Of a stretch of 64,000 nt of DNA, positions 28,178 to 36,324 are shown in pieces (positions within the stretch are counted from its first letter, which is position 1; the number at the start of each line of letters is the position of its first letter). This stretch comes from an uncultured Alphaproteobacteria bacterium. Lineage in GTDB: Bacteria; Pseudomonadota; Alphaproteobacteria; Sphingomonadales; Sphingomonadaceae. The DNA lies in the NCBI GenBank assembly GCA_963803585.1, contig CAWDNB010000003.1, positions 12,007 through 76,006 on the forward strand, in the 5' to 3' direction. The position numbers and the translations under genes are program-made. A model generated the notes under the pieces. The model ran no database searches, was not told the DNA's origin, and saw nothing but the letters and a program-made list of their open reading frames with translations.

Positions 28178-29217
28178 TCGCTCACCACCTGGTTGCGGCC
28201 GTTTTGCTTCGCCCGGTACAGCGCGGCATCGGCAGCAGCCAGTGCATCGCGGGGATTGTCGGTCGCGAACACATCGGCAAGCCCGGCGGAAAAAGTTACC
28301 TGTCCGATCGGTTGCCGCGACCGGCGGGCCACGAATTTGCGGCCTGCCAGTTCGCGCCGCGCCCGATTGACCCGCGCCAGCGCGTCGGCGGCGTTTGCGC
28401 CGCGGATCAGAATAACGAATTCTTCCCCGCCATGCCGGGCGACGAAGCAGTCTTGCGCTGTATAGCGTTGCAGTACCCCGGCGATGGCGCGCAGCAGGCG
28501 GTCGCCCGTTTCATGTCCGAAACCGTCATTGATCCGTTTGAAATGATCGACATCGCAGATTGCCACGAACAGGGGCTGACCGTCTGCCGCCGCTTCTGTC
28601 CGAAACCGGCCAAATGCGTGTTCGAAAGCGCGGCGATTGGGCAATCCGGTAAGATGGTCGCTGTTGGCGGCGATGCGCGCCTTGTCCAATTGTTGCTGGA
28701 GATCGCGCGTGCGGTCCTGGCTGCGCTGCATCGATTGCTGAACACGCTGGAGCGTATCCAGAACCGCGTTGGAAAGCCGCACAATGTTTTCCTTGCGAGG
28801 GGCTCCGATGCCGACATCTTCGATATGCCCCTGCATGGATGTGCGAATGGCCCCCGTCTCGCTATGCGCAGCGGCTGTGGTTTGCGCAAAGCCGCCGATG
28901 GCGTGCTCGATCCGGTCCATCAGGCGTTCCAGTCCGGCGTGGTCGGGATCGTGCGGCGTATCGGGGTGACAATTTTCGTCGAGATATTGCTGGCTGACAC
29001 ATTCGCCCGCCAGTTCCCGTTCGCACACCAATCGCGCAAGCCCGGGCGTGGCCCCCGATACGATACCATGTGCGATAGCGAGATTGCGGGGCGTCACGCC
29101 CAGATCGTGGCGCAGGAGCAGATCGGTTATCTGTTCCAGCAGATCGCGCCGCGCGGCATGGCCCCAATGGTGGTCGGGCACGCTGTGCGCCAGATCGAAT
29201 ACAGGATCGGCAGTCAT
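28174..29217 (-). CDS. diguanylate cyclase (GGDEF domain)
   Basis: DHLTGLPNRRAFE...HFKRINDGFGHETGD...ARHGGEEFVIL...ALYRAKQNGRNQV. N-terminal helical/coiled-coil region of about 170 aa. No RxxD I-site was seen 5 residues before GGEEF. Confidence 0.9.
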   Translation of the reverse strand: MTADPVFDLAHSVPDHHWGHAARRDLLEQITDLLLRHDLGVTPRNLAIAHGIVSGATPGLARLVCERELAGECVSQQYLDENCHPDTPHDPDHAGLERLMDRIEHAIGGFAQTTAAAHSETGAIRTSMQGHIEDVGIGAPRKENIVRLSNAVLDTLQRVQQSMQRSQDRTRDLQQQLDKARIAANSDHLTGLPNRRAFEHAFGRFRTEAAADGQPLFVAICDVDHFKRINDGFGHETGDRLLRAIAGVLQRYTAQDCFVARHGGEEFVILIRGANAADALARVNRARRELAGRKFVARRSRQPIGQVTFSAGLADVFATDNPRDALAAADAALYRAKQNGRNQVVSD

Positions 29218-29323
29218 GGGTGCGGTTCCTTACAGCAATTAGGCACCGGGCGTTTGTCACCATACGGTGAATAGTGGCGGAACCGCCCATTACGTATTCA
29301 TGCGTATCGCAAAGCCCACAAAC

Positions 29324-29338
29324 TGGCACGAAAGTTGC
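29324..29338 (+). promoter_or_regulatory. sigma-54 promoter of flgA
   Basis: Perfect TGGCAC-GAAAG-TTGC, 37 nt upstream of the flgA ATG. Confidence 0.8.
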
Positions 29339-29374
29339 GGCGTAGGCTTGTGAGAAGTTTTCAGGAGCCCGTTC

Positions 29375-29905
29375 ATGCGTAATACCGTTTTCGTTTCCAT
29401 CGCTGCGAGCGTGTTCATGCCGGCAGCCCATGCTGCGGCGCAGGATGTTCGGTTTACCGATCCAGCGACGATCGACGCGCTGGTGCAGGATTTTACCGGC
29501 CAGCCCGCCGGTGCGCCCGGCGGCGCGCGGGCCCCGGTGGACCGGCGTTTGCGGCTGGCGCTTTGTCCGTCGTCTATGGCAGCCGACTGGCACGGAACCG
29601 GCACCCGCACCGTGGCCGTTACCTGCGGGGTCCCCAACGATGTTGGCGGCTGGCGGATATTCGTGCCGTTGAACCATGCGGGACATACCGGCGCTGCGCA
29701 GGCGCGGCTGCGACCCGCCATCGAACGGGGCCAAATGGTGACCATTGCCATCGAAGGGCGCGGTTTTTCGGTGCAGCAGCAGGGAGAAGCGATGGAGCAT
29801 GGCGGCATCGGCGAATGGGTCCAGGTGCGCATCGGCGACCGGCGCGGCGCTTCCATCCAGGGGCGGGTCGAACGGCCCGGACTGGTCGTCATTCCGGCGA
29901 AATGA
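29375..29905 (+). CDS. flgA: P-ring assembly chaperone FlgA
   Basis: Signal peptide (AAHAAAQD) and a C-terminal SAF-like region IERGQMVTIAIEGRGFSVQQQGEAMEHGGIGEWVQVRIG. Confidence 0.8.
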   Translation: MRNTVFVSIAASVFMPAAHAAAQDVRFTDPATIDALVQDFTGQPAGAPGGARAPVDRRLRLALCPSSMAADWHGTGTRTVAVTCGVPNDVGGWRIFVPLNHAGHTGAAQARLRPAIERGQMVTIAIEGRGFSVQQQGEAMEHGGIGEWVQVRIGDRRGASIQGRVERPGLVVIPAK

Positions 29906-29959
29906 GGGCGGCAGACGGCAAATCCGGCTGAAAATCCGGATGGTTGATCGAACCTCCCT

Positions 29960-29985
29960 TAAAGAATTCCGCACACAGCCGTTCT
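29960..29985 (+). promoter_or_regulatory. candidate sigma-28-type promoter of flgM-flgN: TAAA-N15-CCGTTCT
   Basis: TAAA 29960-29963 and CCGTTCT 29979-29985. The preceding G gives GCCGTTCT versus the enteric GCCGATAA. It is 31 nt upstream of the flgM ATG. Confidence 0.4.
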
Positions 29986-30015
29986 TCTGCACAACACAGT
30001 GAAGGATCAAGACCG

Positions 30016-30375
30016 ATGTCACCCATCGATGTTCGCAAAACTGCCGGAAATCTTCCCGTCGCGTCTGCCGCTTCCATCGGCGGCGGCACGCGAACGCCGG
30101 ACGCAGCAGGCGGCCCCGAAAGCGCACACCGGCCCGGCACCGCCCGCAGCCAGCCGACCGGCAGTGTCAGTGTGGAACTGTCGGGGACGGCCAATGCGCG
30201 GCCCAATGTGCGGGCAGTCGCAGGCGATGGGCCCCCGGTCGACAGCGCCCGCATTGCCGAAATCCGCAACGCGCTGAAAACGGGCGACTACCCATTGATC
30301 CCGGCGCAGATTGCCGATGCCATGATCGCAGCACGCCATATGCTGGAACTCAGCCGGACGGAACCCGGCGAATGA
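30016..30375 (+). CDS. flgM: anti-sigma-28 factor FlgM
   Basis: ATG 30016 with a GAAGGA Shine-Dalgarno. C-terminal region PVDSARIAEIRNALKTGDYPLIPAQIADAMI. Confidence 0.8.
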   Translation: MSPIDVRKTAGNLPVASAASIGGGTRTPDAAGGPESAHRPGTARSQPTGSVSVELSGTANARPNVRAVAGDGPPVDSARIAEIRNALKTGDYPLIPAQIADAMIAARHMLELSRTEPGE

Positions 30376-30394
30376 CGGCGCGAATGACGGCGCG
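30371..30394. repeat. 12-nt tandem duplication of the flgM-stop/flgN-start junction
   Basis: aatgacggcgcg aatgacggcgcg. The first copy carries the overlapping TGA/ATG. Confidence 0.9.
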
Positions 30395-30749
30395 ATCCGG
30401 CCCCGACCAGAGCGATCTTGCCTGCGATATCCGGCAGATGATTGCCGTGCTGGAAGATGAACGGCAGGCGCTTGCCGCCCTCGATCTGGATGGGCTGGTC
30501 GTGTCCAACAGCGCCAAACTGTCTTTGTGCGACCAACTGGAAATGACCGGTCCGCCCATCCTGTCGTCCCAAACCCCGTCGCCCCAAACCCTGTCGCCCG
30601 AAACCCGCGCCCTGCTGGAAACGGCACGGCGCCTGAACGAGGTCAATCGCCGTGTCCGCAACCTGCTTGCTGCCAATGTCGCGGCACGGCTGGATGCGTT
30701 GAGCGGCAGTGCCGGTACATATCGGCTACCACGCGCCGCCAACGCCTGA
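30372..30749 (+). CDS. flgN: FlgN-like export chaperone
   Basis: 125-aa helical ORF overlapping the flgM stop (ATGA). Assignment is positional. The start is duplicated (MTARMTAR). Confidence 0.5.
   Translation: MTARMTARSGPDQSDLACDIRQMIAVLEDERQALAALDLDGLVVSNSAKLSLCDQLEMTGPPILSSQTPSPQTLSPETRALLETARRLNEVNRRVRNLLAANVAARLDALSGSAGTYRLPRAANA
30569..30613. repeat. 15-nt tandem repeat x3 in flgN
   Basis: ccaaaccccgtcgcc ccaaaccctgtcgcc cgaaacccgcgccct, encoding QTPSPQTLSPETRAL. Confidence 0.75.
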
Positions 30750-30795
30750 CATCGCCGATGCATAAAGGCGGCGGCGGATAATCGCGCCGCGCAAC

Positions 30796-30810
30796 TGGCA
30801 CGCTCCTTGC
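30796..30810 (+). promoter_or_regulatory. sigma-54 promoter of the SLT-flhA-fliA operon
   Basis: Perfect TGGCAC-GCTCC-TTGC, 53 nt upstream of the GTG start at 30863. Confidence 0.8.
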
Positions 30811-30862
30811 TGATGAAGCTGTACCGCCGACCGCCAACCGGTCGCAGCACAGGGTCATTTGG

Positions 30863-31786
30863 GTGAGCGATACCAGTTTCAACACCATCCCCGCAAATGG
30901 CGGCCGACCCGCATCGCGCGTGGAAAGCGCCATTGCCCGCGCTTCGCAGCGCACCGATGTCGATTTTGGCTATCTGTTTGCGCAGGCCAAAGTGGAATCG
31001 TCGCTGGATCCGGCCGCCAGGGCCCGCACATCCAGCGCCACCGGATTGTTCCAGTTTATCGAATCCACCTGGCTGGACGTCATGCGGCGTCATGGCGGCA
31101 ATCACGGCTATGGCCAATATGCCGCTGCGATAGAGGCGGGGCCACGCGGCGGGCGCGTTGCCGATCCATTGCTGCGCGGCCGGATACTGGCGCTGCGCAA
31201 CGATCCGCAGGCGGCATCGCTGATGGCGGGCGCGCTGGCGCAGGACAATCGCGATGCGCTGCGCCCGGTGCTGGGCCGCGACCCCGATGCAGGCGAGCTG
31301 TATCTCGCGCATTTTCTGGGCAGCAATGGTGCCGGCCGGTTTCTGACCGCCCTGAACCAACGCCCCGGCGCGCCCGCTGCCACCGAATTTGCCAGCCCGG
31401 CGCAGGCCAATCGCGGCATCTTCTACACGCCGGGCGGACAGGCGCGCAGTTTTGCAGGAGTAATGGATATTTTGCGCAGCAAGATCGAAAATGCGATGCC
31501 CGATGGCACGTCGCATGATGCACCGCATGGGGCGCCCGCGACCTTCGGGGGCGGCGATTTCGACGTCTATCGCCGCGAATTCGCGCGGGTTTCAGGCAGG
31601 AACGGTTCCGGCGCGCACGGACCAGCAGACCGTATGATAGCCCCGCTGGCCCCACCCGCTCCGCCGGCCAGTCACAGCATTTCAGAACTGCTGCAACACA
31701 CCTTCGCGCTCGGCAATGCGCAGTCCGGCGCCGGCGGCGATCATGCCCGGCGCGCTTATGACCGGTTGCGGGTGTTCGGTTTGTGA
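30863..31786 (+). CDS. soluble lytic transglycosylase-domain protein (flagellar peptidoglycan hydrolase candidate)
   Basis: YLFAQAKVESSLDPAARARTSSATGLFQFIESTWL is an SLT catalytic Glu-Ser ... GLxQF motif. Located in the flagellar operon, with a GTGA overlap with flhA. Confidence 0.75.
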   Translation: MSDTSFNTIPANGGRPASRVESAIARASQRTDVDFGYLFAQAKVESSLDPAARARTSSATGLFQFIESTWLDVMRRHGGNHGYGQYAAAIEAGPRGGRVADPLLRGRILALRNDPQAASLMAGALAQDNRDALRPVLGRDPDAGELYLAHFLGSNGAGRFLTALNQRPGAPAATEFASPAQANRGIFYTPGGQARSFAGVMDILRSKIENAMPDGTSHDAPHGAPATFGGGDFDVYRREFARVSGRNGSGAHGPADRMIAPLAPPAPPASHSISELLQHTFALGNAQSGAGGDHARRAYDRLRVFGL

Positions 31787-33987
31787 TCGCCCGCTACGCC
31801 CATCGGTTCACCGGCAGGTTCGGACCGCAATTGTCCGCAGCACCCGCCGCTTTTGCCCTACCGGCAGGTATTCTGGCGCTGATCGTGTTGATGGTGTTGC
31901 CGATCCCCACCATCATGCTCGACATATTCTTCGTCCTCAACATCGCCCTGTCGATCGCCATCTTGACCACTGCGCTGAACGCCGCGCGTCCCATCGATTT
32001 TTCCGCATTCCCGTCCGTATTGCTGTTCGCAACCCTGCTGCGCCTGTCGCTGAATGTCGCATCCACGCGGATCGTGCTGGTCAACGGGCATGAAGGCGCG
32101 GCGGCGGCAGGCGAAGTGATCAACAGTTTCGGCGCGTTTCTGGTCGGCGGCAATTTCATCGTCGGCCTGTTCGTGTTCGTCATCCTGCTGATCATCAATA
32201 TGGTCGTTATCACCAAGGGGGCAGGGCGCGTATCGGAAGTGTCCGCGCGGTTCGTGCTGGACGCGCTGCCCGGCAAACAGATGGCGATCGACGCGGATAT
32301 CGCCGCCGGGTTGATGACTGCGGACGAGGCGCGCACGCGGCGCCGCGAAGTGGCGGTGGAAGCGGATTTTTACGGCGCGATGGATGGTGCGTCGAAATTC
32401 GTGAAGGGCGATGCCATCGCCGCCTTGCTGATCCTGTTCGTGAACGTCATCGCCGGGTTTGCGCTGGGGATGATCAGCCACGGATTGAGCGCGGGCGAAT
32501 CCGCGGAATTCTATATCACGCTGGCCGTAGGCGACGCCCTGGTGGCACAGGTGCCCGCATTGCTGCTGTCCATCGCAGCCGCAGCAATCGTCACCCGCGT
32601 ATCCGACACCAGCGATCTGTTCGGCCAGATCGGCGGCCAGTTTTCCGACGCACGCGGCTGGTTGCCGGTGGCGCTGGTGCTGGGCGCGGTCGGACTGATC
32701 CCGGCGATGCCGCAGCTGTTGTTCCTGCCCGCCGCGGCCATCGCCTTTGCCGTGTATTATTCGCTCAAACGCAAGGCGGCCGATGCGCGGCCCGCGCCGG
32801 TGGCGGTGGAAACGCAATCGCCCGACCAGTTCGGGGTGGAAGACGTGACCGAACAGACGCTGGTGTCGCTGGAACTTGGCTATGGGCTTGTCCATTTCGT
32901 GGACGAGGCGAAAGGATCGCCGCTGGTCGCGCGGATCACGGGCATCCGCAAACAATTGTCGCGCAGTTTCGGCTTCGTCCTGCCGCAGATACGGGTGCGC
33001 GACAGCCTCGATCTGGCTGCCAATGCCTATCGCATCACGCTGGGCGGGGTGGTGCTGGGCGAAGACGAGGTTCGCGCCGACGGTATTCTGGCCATCGACA
33101 CCGGCGATGTCGCGCCCGGTGCCAGCCTGACCGGCGTGGCTACCCGCGATCCCAGCTTTGCGTGCCCGGCATTGTGGATCGGGCAGCACGAACGCGAACT
33201 GGCGATTGCGGAAGGGTATCTGACCGTCGATGCCAGCACCGTCATCGCCACGCATCTCAACCAGCTGCTGTCGGCGCGCGGCGATCTGTTGCTGGGTCCG
33301 GAGGAAGTGCGCGCCCTGCTCGACGCGCTGCGGGACCGGTCGCCGGGTCTGGTGGAGGCGATCCATCCCGAACCGCTGTCGCTGGCTGCATTGACGCGGA
33401 TATTGCGGGCACTGCTGACCGACGGCATCGGGCTTGGCCAGTTGAAACCGGTATTCACCAGCATGGCGTTGGGCCTGCAGAAAACGCAGGATGCCCATCA
33501 GTTGGTCGATCATATCCGTGCCGATCTTGGCGGGTGGATCGTGGGGCAGGTGTGCCGACCGGGCAATCCGTTGAAAGTGGCCACGCTGGATAGCGGGCTG
33601 GAAGGGGCGATTCTGGGTGGGATGATCGATCCGGCCACCGGACAACCCTTGATCGAGCCCGATTGCAGCGCGATGATTGCAGCGCGCATGGCGGAACTGA
33701 CCGAACAGGCAGGCGGCGCAGTGGCGTTGATCGTGCAGCCGCCGGTGCGCCGGGCGCTGGCAGCATTGCTGAAGACGCGGGTGCCGCAGGCGCTGGTGCT
33801 GGCCATTACCGAACTGCCGGCAAGCCAGCCGATCGAAGTGGTGGGTGTCATCGGTGAACAGGCATCGGAACCTGCCCTGTCCAAGGCAGCATCCGAGGCA
33901 ACGTCGCCGGCAACACCGCAAAACATCGCACCCGCATTCGAAGGGGCCACATTCGAAGGACCCATATCTGAAGGAGTGGCGTTATGA
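31783..33987 (+). CDS. flhA: flagellar export gate protein FlhA
   Basis: 734 aa: FPSVLLFATLLRLSLNVASTRIVL...ITKGAGRVSEVSARFVLDALPGKQMAIDADI...FYGAMDGASKFVKGDAIA. Confidence 0.95.
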   Translation: MIARYAHRFTGRFGPQLSAAPAAFALPAGILALIVLMVLPIPTIMLDIFFVLNIALSIAILTTALNAARPIDFSAFPSVLLFATLLRLSLNVASTRIVLVNGHEGAAAAGEVINSFGAFLVGGNFIVGLFVFVILLIINMVVITKGAGRVSEVSARFVLDALPGKQMAIDADIAAGLMTADEARTRRREVAVEADFYGAMDGASKFVKGDAIAALLILFVNVIAGFALGMISHGLSAGESAEFYITLAVGDALVAQVPALLLSIAAAAIVTRVSDTSDLFGQIGGQFSDARGWLPVALVLGAVGLIPAMPQLLFLPAAAIAFAVYYSLKRKAADARPAPVAVETQSPDQFGVEDVTEQTLVSLELGYGLVHFVDEAKGSPLVARITGIRKQLSRSFGFVLPQIRVRDSLDLAANAYRITLGGVVLGEDEVRADGILAIDTGDVAPGASLTGVATRDPSFACPALWIGQHERELAIAEGYLTVDASTVIATHLNQLLSARGDLLLGPEEVRALLDALRDRSPGLVEAIHPEPLSLAALTRILRALLTDGIGLGQLKPVFTSMALGLQKTQDAHQLVDHIRADLGGWIVGQVCRPGNPLKVATLDSGLEGAILGGMIDPATGQPLIEPDCSAMIAARMAELTEQAGGAVALIVQPPVRRALAALLKTRVPQALVLAITELPASQPIEVVGVIGEQASEPALSKAASEATSPATPQNIAPAFEGATFEGPISEGVAL
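33934..33978. repeat. 15-nt tandem repeat x3 at the flhA 3' end, including the fliA Shine-Dalgarno
   Basis: gcattcgaaggggcc acattcgaaggaccc atatctgaaggagtg, encoding AFEGATFEGPISEGV. The last copy supplies the GAAGGAG upstream of the fliA ATG. Confidence 0.8.
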
Positions 33988-34706
33988 GGCATCAACATAG
34001 CCAGTTCGCGGCGCTGGCAGCCTATTCCCCGCCGCAGGATGTGGAAGCCCGCATTCGCCGTTTCCTGCCGATGGTACGCCGCGCCGCCTGGCACATCTAT
34101 GGCCTGGGGCGCGACGGAATGGAAGTGGACGATCTGGTCCAGGCCGGGATGATCGCCCTCACCCAGGCGGCGCAGAACCATGAAGGCCCGGGCGAGGATG
34201 GTTTTGCCGCCTATGCCAAGATGCGGGCGCGCGGCGCGATGTTCGATCTGGTTCGCAGGACCATGCCTGTCAGCCGCGGTATCGCGGCACAGCGCAAGCG
34301 TTACGATCAGGCGGTGACCGAATTGCAGGGGCGACTTGGCCGTGCGCCCGCAGCCCGCGAAATCGCGGCGCATCTGGGCTGCAGCCTGGCCGAACTCTAT
34401 GCTATTGAGGCTGCTGGTGTGCAGATCGCGTCGATCGAAGACAGCTACGATGACCGGAACAGCGCTTTTGCCAGCAACATACCCGATCCGTTCGACACGC
34501 TGGCTGCGCTGGACGACCGCGACCGGCTGGTGGATGCGATGGGCGAATTGCCGCAGCGGCTGCAATTGGTGCTGGAGCTGTTTTTCGTGAAAGAACTCAA
34601 CCTGACGGAAATTGCCGCAGTGCTGGAAGTCAGCGTGCCGCGGGTTCACCAATTGCGCGCGCAGGCGCTCGCAAAGTTGAAAACACTGCTCGCTATCGAC
34701 GAATGA
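33984..34706 (+). CDS. fliA: flagellar sigma factor FliA (sigma-28)
   Basis: 240 aa. Region 2 DDLVQAGMIALTQAAQ and region 4 HTH LNLTEIAAVLEVSVPRVHQLRAQAL. ATGA overlap with flhA. Confidence 0.85.
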   Translation: MRHQHSQFAALAAYSPPQDVEARIRRFLPMVRRAAWHIYGLGRDGMEVDDLVQAGMIALTQAAQNHEGPGEDGFAAYAKMRARGAMFDLVRRTMPVSRGIAAQRKRYDQAVTELQGRLGRAPAAREIAAHLGCSLAELYAIEAAGVQIASIEDSYDDRNSAFASNIPDPFDTLAALDDRDRLVDAMGELPQRLQLVLELFFVKELNLTEIAAVLEVSVPRVHQLRAQALAKLKTLLAIDE

Positions 34707-34796
34707 CTGATCCGATCTGGATGAACGTGCCGCCTTTCTATTGAGCGGTGCGATCCGCGCGGCTAAGGCCATAGCAGTGCGAACGCGGGGAGGCGG

Positions 34797-36324
34797 ATGC
34801 TGGGCGATATTGGTAAACGGCATGGTAGAGGGCGCCGCAAGGGGCCCCAAGAAAGGCGCCACAATAATCTGGCGCTCCGACCGGGCATAGCCGCGCGCTG
34901 GCTGGTTTCGGGCTGTGCGGCAATGCTCGCAAGCGGCTGTGCGAACATGGCGGCAATGTCCGAAATGCCCGAAATTCCACGCGCCGATATTGCCGTGCCC
35001 GCCCGGTTTTCCGGCACCAGCGACGATCCGCAGAATATACCGCAGGACGGGATTGGGATCGGCGAATACTGGACCGGGCTGGGCGATGCGGACCTGACGC
35101 AATTCGTGCAACTGGCCGCCGCCAACAATTTCGATATTGCGCAATCCGCCGCCCGGTTGCGACAGGCTCAGGCCGGTCTTGCCGCTGCGCGTGCGGGATT
35201 GTTGCCCAATGTTTCCGGCACCGGAGGACTGCGCCGCGATTTCGGGGATTTCGCCAGCAACGACATCGATTTGACTGCGGGCGTGGATGCGGATTGGGAA
35301 ATCGATCTGTTCGGGCGCATCGGCGGTTCCATAACCGCGTCGCGCGCCGATCTGGCGGCGGCGGGCTATGTGCTGGGCGATGTGCAGCGACTGATTATCG
35401 GCACTGTTGCAAACAGCACCATTTCCGCGCGCAGCATCGCGCTGCAGATCGCGATCGCACGCGATACGCTGCGCAATCAGGACGACAATCTGCAAATTGC
35501 GCGATGGCGGCTGCAGGCGGGTCTGGTGTCCAGCCTGGATGTGGAACAGGCACGGGTGCAGCGTGCACAGACCGCCGCCAGCATCCCTTTGCTGGAAAGC
35601 GATCTTGCCGCCACCGCCAACGCCATTTCCACCCTGATCGGGGAGCCGCCCGGACGGGTTCTGGCCATCGTGTCAATGCCGCGAAGCCGTGCCGCGACCG
35701 CCCGCAGCTTTCGGGTTCGGCGCGCCTGCCGATGTGCTGCGCCGCCGCCCGGACGTGCGCGCAGCCGAACTGGCGCTGCTGGCCGATAGCGCCCGGATCG
35801 GCGTTGCCCGGGCGCAATTGCTGCCTCTGGTGCGGTTGAGCGGTACGGTAGGGACAGGGCCGGGCGCGATCGGCAATCTGTTCGACATCATAACCGGAAA
35901 TCTGTTTGCCGGTATCACGCAGCTGATATTCGATGGCGGGCGGACCCGCGCACAGATCGATCAGGCGCAAGCGCAGATGGACGTGTCGCTTGCCGCCTAT
36001 CGCCGCAGCATTCTGCAAGCGCTGGAGGATGTCGAAAGCGCCGATGCGGCGCTGCGCAGCGCCCGTGAACGGCTGGCGATATTGGAAGATGCGCGGGAAG
36101 CGGCGCAGAACGCCGTATTCCTGGCGCGCAGCCAGTATCAGGCGGGTCTTACCGATTTCCAGATATTGCTGACGGCGGAAAACCAGCTTCTGTCGGCCCG
36201 CAACGCGCTGATTACCGCAGAAGCGCAGCGGGCAACCGGCTTCGTCCAGCTGACGCAGGCGCTTGGCGGCGGCTGGTCGCCCGACGCCTACGGTGCCGAT
36301 CCCATTACAGGAACCCAGCCATGA
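34797..36324 (+). CDS. outer-membrane efflux lipoprotein (NodT/OprM family), frame-broken at about 35685
   Basis: Lipobox LASGC. The first half is in ORF 34797..35789 and the second half (APADVLRRRPDVRAAELAL...LTQALGGGW) is in ORF 35689..36324. Confidence 0.8.

Noticed and set aside
29911-29930. ATCCGG-ctgaaaat-CCGGAT inverted repeat after flgA as a terminator.
   Set aside because: It is a weak 6-bp stem without a U-tract. flgM has its own candidate promoter, so a terminator is plausible, but this structure is not convincing.
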